Shown: positions 24,857-37,711 of the stretch, one piece after another
Layout: every line of letters begins with the position of its first letter
Numbering within the stretch: the stretch's first letter is position 1
Assembly: GCF_006345805.1 (NCBI RefSeq)
Contig: NC_043000.1
Span: 60,760,001-60,824,000 of the forward strand
DNA from: Octopus sinensis
Taxonomy: Eukaryota
DNA length: 64,000 nucleotides
Reading direction: 5' to 3'
Notes under the pieces: generated by a model
Databases searched by the model: none
What the model was told of the DNA's origin: nothing
Seen by the model: the letters and a program-made list of their open reading frames with translations, nothing else
Made by a program: the position numbers and the translations under genes

Positions 24857-25681
24857 TATATTGAACTATTTTGAATTCTGTATACCTTGTGAACTCTTTT
24901 CTTTTATAGTTTGTGACAATCTTTTTGTTTGCGTTATAATAAACTGTAAGAAGACTTCAGTAATGGGGCTCTTGCTTACTGTTGAACCATCGCCCTCAGA
25001 TTTTTCCAGGTCAGGACCATGACCTACAGCACTATCATAAAAGGCAATGTACTGCTATAAAAAGTATTAATGTCCAAGCAAATATGGCTCAATCAATCAG
25101 CATTGACTGACTTGTTATGGTTGATGCAGTGAATTTCAAAGGAAGTGTGCATGTTTTCCTGCCAAATAGCTTGATTGAAGTTTGTGGAAAACTTTTGATA
25201 ATGATTATAAAAGCTGGCAAATTCAGCCTCAGATCAGAGAACCATCCAGCAGACCACATGGAGCTATGTCGTCGTCTTCTACTTTTCTTATTGAACATAC
25301 TTGTATTATGTTCGACAAGAGGTATTGACCTTGTGCTGTAATGTCAGATCATACACATATTATTTGCATGCAACAGTTGAATGTTGTTCCATTAAATCAA
25401 ATCTATGTATGCATGTGCATATAAATAAAATGAGTTAATAAAAATATATGACATGACAACACAAATAATATTAATGTGATCATTTCTCATCTTCATTCAC
25501 AGCCTACCTAATATTAGGAACTGTCAGTGGAGAATTAATCACCAAGATCCATGCTAAAAAGATTTCATAGTGTTTTCTGGTAAAATACGTATGTCTCCTG
25601 TCAGCTTAATTCTATGAAGACTTGAGATAAATACAGACCAACTGGACTATGGAAAGCCATAAAAAAACCATTCTAGCTTAC

Positions 25682-25808
25682 CTTCATACAGCCAGTCAGG
25701 AACTCCATTGAATATTTGATTTAATATTCCATCTTTTGTTAGACGTTTTACTGTAGTTGAGTCGTTGATGTTGGATTGATAATATAAGTCATTATCTACT
25801 CCAAATAC
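25682..25808 (-). CDS. DPP4-like: DPP4-family gene, exon 6 of 7 in window (127 bp)
   Basis: ttttCAG / GTAAGC; VFGVDNDLYYQSNINDSTTVKRLTKDGILNQIFNGVPDWLYE plus G (phase 1). Confidence 0.95.
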
Positions 25809-26793
25809 CTGAAAATGTTACCAGATATTACTTAGAAAATATTTTACAATTAGAATTTAAAATTAATTGGATAGACATCAGGATACTAGAACTAATAAAG
25901 TAATGGTGTGAATTGGATTATAAATAAAAATAAACAGGTGCAAGTTACCATTTTGTGTAAATAAACAGAAACTATGAAGGACTTTAAGAGAATGAATGGT
26001 TCAGCTGATGGATTCTCTCCTCAAAGATGACATGAGTGTTCAGCTTTTGCTGAATGACCTGCATAAATAATTTGTTTATAATGATCAAATGTATGTGCTG
26101 TACATTAGTGCAATCCCTCCATCAAATCGATGTTGCCAGAACGGGTGCATGGTGTACCACGTGTCAGGTGTCGAAGTGATCGCAGAGCAACAGAAGATAA
26201 AGTGTTTTGCTCAGGAATACAATGCACTACTGGGTCTAGGAAATGAAACCACGATCTTGTGGTCATGAGTGCAACATCCTAGCCACTAGGCTATGCATCC
26301 TAGGGTATTTTAATTAATTCGTACAGTATCATCAATAAAAGAAGCATATCTTGAAACTTTAAGCAATACAAAACGTTGGTAAAATTTTTTACATTATTAA
26401 TTAGTTTATCAAGTAGAAACCATCTGGTTTCTTTTATTTTGGACAGAATAATTATGTATGATGTTGTAACACACATGGAGAAATAGTATTATTGCATGAT
26501 TCATTTAATGAGTGTCATAAGGGAGGTTGTAAATTTTCATCAGACTGAATCGACAATTCAAGTTTGATTTCTGGTTGTCGCTACTTCATTTGTTCTGCTA
26601 ATGCTTTTGGGAAAAACATTAACACAAGTCCCTGTAACTCCTACTCCATAAAGTTAATAAGGCACTTTTCCATTGTATCCACGGTCTGGTTCAAATTACA
26701 GGTTACAAGTGATAGATAGTATGCAGTACTCCCTCTGGAAATGATGAGAAAGTTTTTAATATTCTTGTGTTAATGATGTGCCTTGATAATTAA

Positions 26794-27559
26794 CACTTTA
26801 GCATTCAAACTGGCCATATCAAGCCCAAACATTCTACCTGTTCAAAGTAGCCAGATCTAGCCTCTTTCAATGTCATACAACACTCTACAATGTCATTCTA
26901 AAAATAAACAATCACATTCTTAAAATCTCAGAGTTAGAAAATAATGCATGTTTAACCACACTCTTTTGGTTATGACAGTGAAGGTTCCAGTTGATCTGAT
27001 CAATGGAACAGTCTGCTCATGAAATTAACGTGCATGTGGCTGAGCACTCCACAAACATGTGTGTCCTTAAACCTTTTGTTACCAAATTTCTGTTGAGATG
27101 CTCTGTTTCTTCAACTAATTTTAAATATAACAAAGAATTTAGTAAAATAACTTTGTTAACATTAAGCTAGTGTTAGGAAATTAAATTATGATTTGATGGA
27201 AGATTTTAATTCAGAACTTTTGAAAGTAAGACATTTGTACTACAGAGTCAGAGGCAGTTTCAAGCTGGTTGGTATCAAAAGGGTTAATGTAGTTCTCAGG
27301 CAGATTCAATGTGACACAGAGTGTGACAAGGCTGGCCCTTTGAAATACAGGTACTACTCTTTTTTGCCAGGTGAGTGAACTGGAGCAACATGACATAAAG
27401 TGCCTTGCTCAAGGTGCACAACATGTCACCAGGAATTGAACTTACAACCTTACGATTGTGAGCCAAATACCCTACCCACAAAGCCACTTGCCTTCACAAT
27501 GCATGATTAATACAAAACAAATAAGCATTACAGTTCACAGTTATCTGAATGCTAAAGGG
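26794..27559. mobile_element. piggyBac-type MITE containing a SINE (26951-27497), which contains a second piggyBac-type MITE (27071-27283)
   Basis: Outer TTAA|CACTTTAGCATTCA...TGAATGCTAAAGGG|TTAA; SINE TSD AATGCATG; inner TTAA|ACCTTTTGTTACC...GGTATCAAAAGGG|TTAA. Confidence 0.8.
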
Positions 27560-28179
27560 TTAAAGTCTGAGTGTTATTTTTCCCCCATGAATGGATGTGA
27601 GCTCAACACTAGAAGCTAATGGAACCTTCAACAATTATGTAGTGCTCTTGCATCTTAGATGAGAGTGAAATATGTCCCCAAGGACATATTTTCAGATGTG
27701 AAATAGACAAACTAAACATGCTACTGTACTTGATCATGAGTTCAAATACACTGTAAACAATTTGGTCCGTATTTTGACAGTACATTTTATTCTTTGTGCC
27801 TCAGGCTGCTTTAGTTGTTGGAAATAGGTAGCGAAATCCCTCAAAATGCTACCTGTGCTAGATTGGTGTCCTATTTAGTTTTAGTCACTTTCCTCCTGTG
27901 AATTAAAATCGTTCAGTGGTTTTTCAAGAAGCCACCATAAACCAGAAGCCATTAATTATTGTGGTTCACATACTTTTCCATTGCATCCAAACTCATTCTA
28001 ATTAGAGTCTCCATGTGCTGGTTAATATTTAATGATGTGTGATGGCATTCTGTGTTAAGTTCATTTCATTCAGGCAACTAACATCAACTGTGTTTTTCTC
28101 AGCTACAAAGAATCCTCTGTTGAATTTTTAAAAATAAAACTTTCAAGAAATATTTTCTACAAATAATATAATCACTTAC

Positions 28180-28261
28180 TACACCATGTCCAACCGGAGT
28201 CCAGGCAACAAAAGAGAACCTGGTCATTTCTTTCCTTGGCCCTCTAAATGGGGTGGTAAAC
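28180..28261 (-). CDS. DPP4-like: DPP4-family gene, exon 5 of 7 in window (82 bp)
   Basis: cttaCAG / GTAAGT; phase 2 start, FTTPFRGPRKEMTRFSFVAWTPVGHGV (compare DPP4 WVTWSPVGHKL). Confidence 0.9.
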
Positions 28262-28689
28262 CTGTAAGACAATAATACAAATAATAGTTACTTATTTACT
28301 AAAGTCTCGATTGGCATTACAATTGCTAACCTATACAAAATTCTAAAATCTTCAACATTTTCAATTTCCTTCATATAGTAAATGTAATCATTTTAAACTG
28401 TAGACATGGAGTTGTGATTAAGCAATTGAAAGGCTTTTCCTCCGAATCTCTACTAATCTAATTTCAGTGCTATATTCAAATGTTGCAACAAACCACATTG
28501 CTGTGACTTCTACTTTTTGCCTTGAAAATCAATTACATTAGTCATCATTCTTTGAAACGTATTGGACTCTAATTTTCATTCCTTTAGTCATTCCAGTCAT
28601 TTCTCAATTTTAGTTTAAGATAAATGAATCAGCAGATCAACCACTTTTAACCAGCTTATTCAGTCCATAACAAATCCTTGTACAATTTA

Positions 28690-29486
28690 ATCACAGTTTT
28701 AATAAGCATTACTTAATATCAACGCCACTACCACTAACAACATCAGGGATACTCTTTTTACTCTTTTACTTGTTTCAGGCATTTGACTGCGGCCATGCTG
28801 GAGCACCGCCTTTTAGTCGAGCAAATCGACCCCGGGACTTATTCTTTGTAAGCCCAGTACTTATTCTATCGGTCTCTTTTGCCGAACCGCTAAGTGACGA
28901 CAAATACAAATATTTCATGTCCAGAAAATCTCATATTTGCATTACTTATATTTATTTATGTTATACTCATGTTCCTTTACAGTATCCATAAACATATATA
29001 GGCCATGGCTGTGTGGTGAGAAGTTTCCTTCCCAAACACATGCTTCTGGGTTTAGTCTTACTGTGTGGCACCTTGGGCAAGTGTCTTCTACTATAGACCC
29101 AGGCTAACCAAAGCCTTGTGAGTGGATTTGGTAAGTAGACTCTGAAAGAAGCCCATCGTGTGTGTGCGTGCTGAATAGTTCCTGGCTTGGTGGAAAAGAA
29201 AATACAGGAGGATCTCTGATTTTATTCACCATATTCCCCTCTCAGGATTATTGCAGCAGTCCTTCAGTTTTCTAAGCCTTGTAAAAGAACTCAGAAGGTT
29301 AGGCCTCCAACCACGCCTTTAGCAATACCCTTAAAGCCAGGAACTTTTCAATACCCCCTCGTATACGTGTGTGTGTGTGTTACTGTTTCCTTGCCTTGAC
29401 ATTATATGGTAGTTGAAAATGAGGGTCACTATCATTTAAGCAGTGTCCTTTGTTTCCAAAAACATGTCTGGCCATGGGGAAATATT
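28690..29486 (+). repeat. Local duplicon, copy 1 (unique DNA + SINE + mariner MITE)
   Basis: Colinear with 31693-32369; carries an extra SINE fragment at 28751-28895. Confidence 0.85.
29165..29363. mobile_element. Mariner-derived MITE inside a SINE (duplicate at 32041-32246)
   Basis: TIR remnants GTGCTGAA(T/A)AGTTCCTGGCTT and AAAGCCAGGAACTTTTCAATACCCCCTCGTA. Confidence 0.7.
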
Positions 29487-31692
29487 ATCCTGCTTGGAAG
29501 CAGGTGAAGTTTGGTGACAGGAAGGGCATAAAACATTAATTCTGACCCATACAAGCATGGAAAGCTGGGCATTAAAACAATAATAATAATAATAATCCTT
29601 TCTACTAAATGCATAAAACCTGGAATTTGTGGGGAGGGGTATAGTCAATTACATTGACCCCAATACTTGACTGGTATTTAATTTATTGACCCTAAAAGGA
29701 TGAAAGGTAAAATCAACGTAGGTGGAATTTGAGCACAGAGCATTAAAATGGACAAAATGCTAACAATTCTGCCAGCTCGCCACCTTAATGTTGATGATGT
29801 CTACAAACATAAAATTGTCGCATATTAAACACATGCACATAACATACATCCATTAACGTATATGTATGTAAACAATAAAAAAATCTCTGGTTTCAACAAT
29901 AAAGATTCTGTTTTTTGACCAACTGAGTCACCTGTTCATTGAATTAGAGTGTGAGTGGCTGAATATTCCACAGACAAATGTACCCTTAATGTAATTCTCA
30001 GGCATGATCAGTGTGATACATTATGTGACAAGGCTATTCCTTGGAATTACAAGTACAATCCATCCAACAAGCTTCCACACAGTTTCTGGCTGTCCACTTT
30101 CATTCATAAAGCTAGGATTGAACTGAGGCAATGGTAAAAGATATATACCAAAGATACTATGCAGTGGGATTGAATCTTGGATGTTGCAATTGCAAAAGCG
30201 AACTTCTCTTAACCATTTGGCTATACCAAATACAGACATACACAAATGCAAACGCACACACATATATATACAAGTATTTTCCCATGCAAATTGAAATGCA
30301 CTTGAGACTTTAATTTATATACTTACATTATTCTGATGGATGACTACATACAACTACAATCCTTTGATCTGCTAACTAAGCTATTATGAATTTTGAATTG
30401 GTGAAGAGATAATGTAAACAAATAAATTAAAAGATCTTAAATGCATTTTCAGCCTGATTTGTTAATGCACACACACACACATACAGAGGCTAAATTAATA
30501 TTTTCCTAATAGAAGCCTCTGGGCTTTGTGAAGCAAATGAGGTAAAAAAAAATGTGTTCCTCCCTCCAGGCTCATTGACACTGAAAGGGCACCTAGAATA
30601 GATTTCCTTGTGAAGAGGCAATGATCACAGCAGCACTTAGCAAGCCAAGTAAATATTTGATAAGTCCACAACCCATTTGTTGTGATAACTAATTAGTCAA
30701 GTATCAATTGCAACAAATGAGCTGTAGATTAATCAAGTGTTAGTCGTTGTTTAACCCTGGGTCATCCTTTATTGAGATTTATGATCAAAGACATTTCATT
30801 ATGACTTTTTTTTTTTATTCAGGACTACATTGATAAATATGTCATTAATTTTTAAGATGGTAGAGTGTGATTTGAGTGAGGTTTATCAGCTATTTTTAGC
30901 AGATTAGGTGACCATGTAGAGACTCCATCATAAGTTTGTAGTTGCATCTGACTGTTGAGAGCTGTAGTTGTAATTTTCAGCAATGAATAACAATTATTCT
31001 AAGCAGGTATCACAATAGGTGCACAGTCAGGGTAATAGCTGTGGTAGAGTGTCAGGATGAGTTATAAAATAACAAACATTTCAGTTTGTTGTTCTTTATA
31101 CATTCAATGTGGCCAAACTTGGCTCAATCATACATGAACTTTTATTCTTGTTTCAGTTATTTGACTGTGGCCATGCTGGAGCACTGCTTCACGAATGACC
31201 ATGAGTTCCCCTCTGAGACACAAGTATGGGCAAGGTTGTTTATGGAAGACCAGCATACCAGGCTCCCTTCTCCATGCTACCAGTGTTATCCAGGGGAAAA
31301 ACAAAAGCTAATACAGTTTGGCACCAGTGATGTTGCAACTCATTTCTACAGCTGATGGCCTGCTGGGAGAAGTGAGTTCTGTTATGCCACTCTTAAATTG
31401 ACAAATGATTTCTGCTGATTAGAAAGTAATCAGGTCATCTGTTCTAATGTTACATCTTCAGTAGAAGACACTTCATAAAAGATAAGACCTCTCCTCTAGT
31501 TTTAGCAAACAAACTTCTTCCAGTCAGTAAACATTTTGTATTTACTATTCTATTTGCCAACAAGACCACTTGAATGTTGTTGTACATCACTGGTCACAAT
31601 GCACTTCCTTGCACTGTCACAACTTTTGAATGATGCCATCCTGCTGGCTAGGTGGGGAGGCCAACCATTTCCCCTGAACAGAATATCAGTCC

Positions 31693-32369
31693 ATCACAGT
31701 TTTAATAAGCATTACTTAATATCATCACCACTACCACTAATAACATCAGGGATGATGACAACAACTATAAATATTTCATGTCCAGAAAATCTCAAAATTA
31801 TTTGCATTACTTTAATTTATTTATGTTATACTTGCATACCACTCATGTTCTTTTGCAGTATCCACAGACATATGTAGGCCATGGCTGTGTGGTGAGAAGA
31901 TTTCCTTCCCAAACACATGCTTCTGGGTTTAGTCCCACTGTGTGGCACCTTGGGCAAGTGTCTTCTACTATAGACCCAGGCTAACCAAAGCCTTGTGAGT
32001 GGATTTGGTAAGTAGACTCTGAAAGAAGCCCATCGTGTGTGGGTGTGCTGAAAAGTTCCTGGCTTTGTGGAAAAGAAAATACAGGAGGATCAGTTAATTA
32101 TGATTTTATTCACCTATTCCCCTCTAAGGCTTATTGCAGCAGTCCTTCAGTTTTCTAAGTCTTGTAAAAGAACTCAGAAGGTTAGGCTTCCAACCAGGCC
32201 TTTAGCAATACCCTCAAAATTAGGAACTTTTCAGCAACCCCTTGTATATATGTGTGTGTGTGTTACTGTCTCCTTGCCTTGACATTGTATGATAGTTGTA
32301 AATGAGGGTCACTATCAAGCAAGTAGTGTCCTTTGTTTCCAAAAACATATCTGGCCACGGAGAAATATC
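31693..32369 (+). repeat. Local duplicon, copy 2
   Basis: Colinear with 28690-29486 and lacks the 145-bp SINE insertion. Confidence 0.85.
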
Positions 32370-35296
32370 CATTTACATACCCATTTACAGCTGGGTGGAC
32401 TAGAGTGATGTGAAATGAAATGCTTTACTCAAGTGTACAATGTAGTGTTGGTCTGGGAATTGAAACTATGATTGTCAGATTGTGAGAGCAACACCCTAAC
32501 TGTTAGGCCACATGCCTTCACTGGCACCACATGAAAGTGCCTGTGTTGTGTCACGTAAAAGCACCCTGCACACTCTGTAAAGTGGTTGGCATTAGGAAGA
32601 GCATCCAACTATAGAAACCATGCCAAAACTGACTGGAGTCTGGTGCAGCCCCCCCCCCCCAGCTTGCTAGCTCTGGTCAAACCATCCAACTCATGCCAGC
32701 ATGGACAACGGACGTTGAATGATGATGATTATATATATAATGAATATATCCAGTGTCAGTTGTTATCTCTGTTAGCCAGCTGGTGCTGTTTATGTGTGGT
32801 TATATATGTATTTTGTTTGAAGGTGATTATAAACTTAAGTAACTTGAAACATAGAAGTTACACTATTGTCATATTCTTTTACACTTTTAATAGTTTCAGC
32901 TCAAGCACTGTGGTCATGTTGAGGCACTGCAATTAAATGCAGTATCTTCAGTATTTATCCTTATAATAAAAGTATGAATGTGGAAAAAAGAAAAAAAAAA
33001 GAGATGTATTGTTTACAGAGCAAAATTAAAACTTAGTCATAAACTATGTAAGATAAGATATATGACTGACATTTTATTTACAAAAAGAGTGTGTGTGGGG
33101 GACCTCACATTATATTAGAAGCCACACTGTGCATGGGCAAATACAGCAGTTGTGAATGGATAGGTCAGTGTATGAACAAACTGCTCTATTCAATAGTATC
33201 TGTAAAATTAATATTTCCACAGCAGAATTGTTAATGTTGCTCCCCTCCCTGCTGAAGAGGATAGGCCAGCGAGAGCCCTGTGCTGGCACCGCATAAAAAA
33301 ACTCCTATGTCAGTGCCACCTAAAAGCACCTGGCACTCTGTAAAGGAGTTGGCATTAGGAAGAGCTTCCAACTGCAGAAACCAAGCCAAATTAGACTGGA
33401 ATCTGGTGCAACTCTTCTGCTTGATATCTCTGGTCATACTGTATAACCCATGCCTATATGGAAACTGGATGTTAAATGATGATGATGATTTGTTAGCTAC
33501 CAAAATAGAGTTTAAACTCCTGAAAGTATAACTTTGAGGAGAAGGACTTTGCCAATTTCACTTGCTTTAATTCAATGATTCTCAGTCTTATTGACCTTGT
33601 GGTGCACTGGAGTTCAAGTAAAGCTTATTAATGACTTGTAGGTACATGATATATTGTCTTGGATATAAAACATAACAAAATCAAATCAGTGCTGGCTATA
33701 ATTTCTATTGTAAATCTGAGGAGATAACCTTAACACATGATTCAAGTAAAGCCTTACTAGTACACTTTATATAGAAATTGAAAAGAAACTGAATGCAAAC
33801 TAAAACTTTAATGGCATACTATGCATGGAAAGTTGAAAAAATATATTTTAAATATAAAAATTTAGAGAAAATATAGAATACTATTGCTAACCTGGTTAAA
33901 TAATCACACGTGTATATAACAAAATTATTAGCTCATTTTTCAAGATGTTTAAGCATGACATGGATTTTCTGAAAACTTGAGTAATATTGATTTAAAATTT
34001 TGGCACAAAGCCAGCAAGTATGGAGGAGGGGGCAAGTCAATTACACTGATTCCAGTGATCAACTGGTATTCTTTTTATTGACTCTGAAAGGACAAAAGGC
34101 AAAGTCAACCTCACTGGAATTTGAACTCAGAACATGAACATGGCTTCCTAACAATTCTGTTAGCTTGTTGCCTTGAAGACTTAAGTGATATCATTCATGT
34201 GGTGCACCTATATAGCCCTTGCTGTGTAACTGTGCATTTGGTGCACCTGTAGGTGGTGGCACACCATTTGAAAACTACTGGCCAAGATACACTAGGCCAA
34301 ATCTTAATGATGTCTTAAATTTACTAATTGATTGATTGAAAATTACTAAGGAAAACATTCTGGTTTAATTTGCACTTTGAGTTGATTCCATTAATATGTT
34401 GTTCTGCACCCAGTTAATCCACTTTAATAGCTTATAAAAGAATGATTTAACTAATCCTCTTGTGTTGAATTTCACTAAATACAAGATTGCCATGTTTATT
34501 CAGCCTTGTTTCTTTTCATATTTCTCCTTTTTCTTTCTTTCTTCTTTTAATTATTGATTTAAGCATATGCTAATATCTAGTTTGTTTAAAACTGTAATTG
34601 TATTTAGTCTTTGCATCCATAATTATCAACACTTGAGCAGATGACAAGTTGACAGACATTACAGAACACAAGGCTAAATAAATATGCAAGTAGTAGTATT
34701 TTGGTTTATCTCCCTATATCATCAAATCAAATGGTATTATGATGAAATTTACTGCTCATCCATTTTTGAATCTATTAAACAATTATCTTGGTCTGTCCCC
34801 TTCATTTACTCTTTCTTTCCAGAAAAATTAACATTCTATTCATTAAAAAGAAATTAATATTTAGTTTCTTTCCCTTCAGTTTCCCTTTAATTGTTATCTC
34901 CATAATTACTGGTTTCTTTTGTGACAAAGTACAAAAGTCTAGGAGAGGAAAATCAATAATGTGAGATTCACATTTATTAGTGGTTTTTTGAATTTGTTTG
35001 AACTTACTCCCACCCCAAACCATCTCTGTGGTGCTCATTCATCAGTTTCTGCTTCTATAGTAACAAATTTATTAGACTGGCATCAGAAGATAAATTTCTA
35101 AAGGAATCAATTTATCTTGACTGCGATACATGTAGAGTAGTTATTCTCTGGGGATGACTTCATGCAAGGTATATATAAAGTCAAATTGGTAGAGTCATAA
35201 GATCGAACAACCTGTAGTGTTTGTTCTGACTGTCTGCACCCTGAGTTCAAATTCTGCCAATAATTACTTTGATAGTAGACTTATCTGTAATTATAG

Positions 35297-35460
35297 GTAA
35301 GTTCACTGCCATCAATTCACTGTAAAGAAAGTTTCCTGTGAGGAAAGTTTACTGAGAAAATATAACCATAATATCGCACCATTAATAATTAAAAACTATT
35401 TTGCTGCAAAAAAGGAAATGGTGAACTTTTCCTGCAGTGAATTGATGACGGTGAACTTAC
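35297..35460. mobile_element. Small MITE-like inverted repeat
   Basis: GTAAGTTCACTGCCATCAATTCACTGTA at the left versus TGCAGTGAATTGATGACGGTGAACTTAC at the right (about 28 bp, 3 mismatches). Confidence 0.65.
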
Positions 35461-36944
35461 AGGACATGTTAATCTGATGCCTGGTTCAACAGTATCTGAC
35501 TCTTTGAGTGTCTTTAGCAAGGCTGACTCTGTTGCAACCACCTTGACCAGATCTCCAGTTTGAATATACTATCCTTACTACCACCCACAAGTCTTGGAAA
35601 CTCTATAAAAGGTTATAGGTTCTGCCTTTTCTCCTGACTAAAAAATATGAAAAATTGTTAAATACTGTACAGATATTGGTCTGAAATTCTATCATTTCTG
35701 TCAATGTACTGTTTGTTTACTGCTTCAAATTTCTGAGTTAAAAAATTTTTTTTTTTATTTTACATAGGCACAAGCCACAGATTTCCCGGGTGGACATTTA
35801 GTAATCTTCTTTTGCCTGAGCATCCAAATGTTCTCATATATGACCAAGTGTTTAAGAAGTTCGCTTTGCTATCATGAGACATCAGGTCTGATCCCATGTG
35901 GGACATCTTGGGCAAATAACTTTATAATAACCCAAGCTTTATGATTGACACTGGATTGATAGAAACTGTGTAGAATTCAATCAGTTGAAGTGTACTTGTA
36001 ATTCAAAGGTCCATCATTGATACATATTGTGTCATGCTGTTTCAGTTTGGGAATTACATTAAAAGTACATGAGTCTATGGAAAACAAAGCCATTTTGATT
36101 TTGATTTAATGAGTTGGATGGTGATCAAACAACTGAATACTCATTATTGAAACCAAATACAGAGTCTATCACAGACTGGAATCAATAAAGAAAGAAACAG
36201 TTTAGAGCAGTTGGAAAGGTGGAATTGTTAGCATATTGGATGGGATACCTTGTGGCATTTGTTCTGGCTCTTTGCATTCTGAATTCAAATCCTATTGATT
36301 CCTATATGTGTGGTAGATTTGATCTATTGCTTGGTTTAACATTACTATCTGGCACTTGAATGTGTTTAGTGGTGTCTATTCTAGTGCAAGTTTTCAGACT
36401 AGACCTTCAGTTTGAAAATATCTTATTCCTGACCTTCCACCAACCGTGAAGGTCTGAAAAAACAAAGTAAGCAAGAAAAAAAATAGTGAATCCAGGAGAA
36501 TTTGCTGGGTGGGTGACAATAAGTTTAGCTGTTGTGAGGAGTGAGAAAAGCTGACATATATTATGCCTTGTCACGAAAGCTTCTCCATTATAGATGTATT
36601 TCTAATTGAAAGCAACAACATAACTTTTAAAATCTTTCCTGTAATTAATTAATAATAATCATCATCGTCATTTAACATCTGCTCTCCATGCTGGCATGGG
36701 TTGGACGGTTTGACTGAGGGCTGGCAAGCCAGAATACTACACCAGGCTCCAATCTGATCTGGCAAAGTTTCTACAGCTGGATGACCTTCCTAACACCAAC
36801 CACTCTAAGAGTGTAGTGGGAGTTTTTTACGTGTCACTGGCACGAGGGCCAGTCAGGTGGTACTGGCATCGACCACGCTTGAATGGTGCTTTTTACATGC
36901 CACTGGCAGGGGAGCCAATCCGGTTACACTGACAAAGGTCACAT

Positions 36945-37445
36945 TCTGGAAATGATAAAATTCCCTGCTACCACTGTTCTTCTAGTCCGTTCAAGCCTGT
37001 TTCTTTTCCCTAATGGCCCTGTCAACTACATTGTTCCACCACCACATTATCTTGGATCAAGAGCGGACTTTGTACCATCCACAGATCTGGTCAGTAGCCA
37101 ACAGGTTGCCCTGTAAGAACCTCCAGTTGTCTTCCACATCACCTGATGCTATATCCTCCTCTATTTCATCAAAAGCTTTGAATAATATATCCCTAAATCT
37201 CTGTCCATTCACAGGATCCTTAAGCTTCCAGACCCTTCTTCTCCATGCTGGTCGTCTTCTGGGCATCCATTTAGCCCTGATCCTGAAGTCGCTAACTACT
37301 AATCTATGTTATGAGATGCATTCTTCACTTGGCAAGGTTTTGGCATTTATAAGTAGACATCTTTCCTGTTTTCTGGTGAGGACATAGTCAGTTTGACTAG
37401 TGTGTCCACCAGACTGCTATGTGAATAGGTGTCTGGCAGGTTTCC
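36945..37445 (-). mobile_element. RTE LINE fragment (APE endonuclease C-terminus / linker)
   Basis: RRRVWKLKDPVNGQRFRDILFKAFDE...WRFLQGNLLATDQICGW...WWWNNVVDRAIREKKQA, the typical RTE linker. Confidence 0.8.
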
Positions 37446-37658
37446 TGAAGTTAGTATTACAAACCAATAAGATCATTTGCATCGTTGTATAATTCACTAT
37501 GTAAATTTTATTTTTTATTTAACTAATAATTACATAAATAAATATTTTCTTGCTAATGTATAGATTTATGTAGCCATAGTAAAAGAAAACTGAACACTTG
37601 GATTAATTAATATATAGTTTCTGGATTTAGAATAAATGTTTAATGAAAGAAACCTTAC

Positions 37659-37711
37659 CTTGTAGCAACTTCATAGAGTTCATATTTAGCCAAAAATGAA
37701 TGTCGATAAAT
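37659..37711 (-). CDS. DPP4-like: DPP4-family gene, exon 4 of 7 in window (53 bp)
   Basis: ttttCAG / GTAAGG; IYRHSFLAKYELYEVAT plus AG (compare DPP4 QWRHSYTASYDIYD). Confidence 0.95.

Noticed and set aside
32915-32955. Minus-strand CTGAAGA plus hairpin as a hammerhead
   Set aside because: No GAAA or stem III; it is a SINE 3' remnant.
35578-35630. Minus-strand AG/GT-bounded micro-exon candidate
   Set aside because: No DPP similarity, and the neighbouring exons already join in frame without it.
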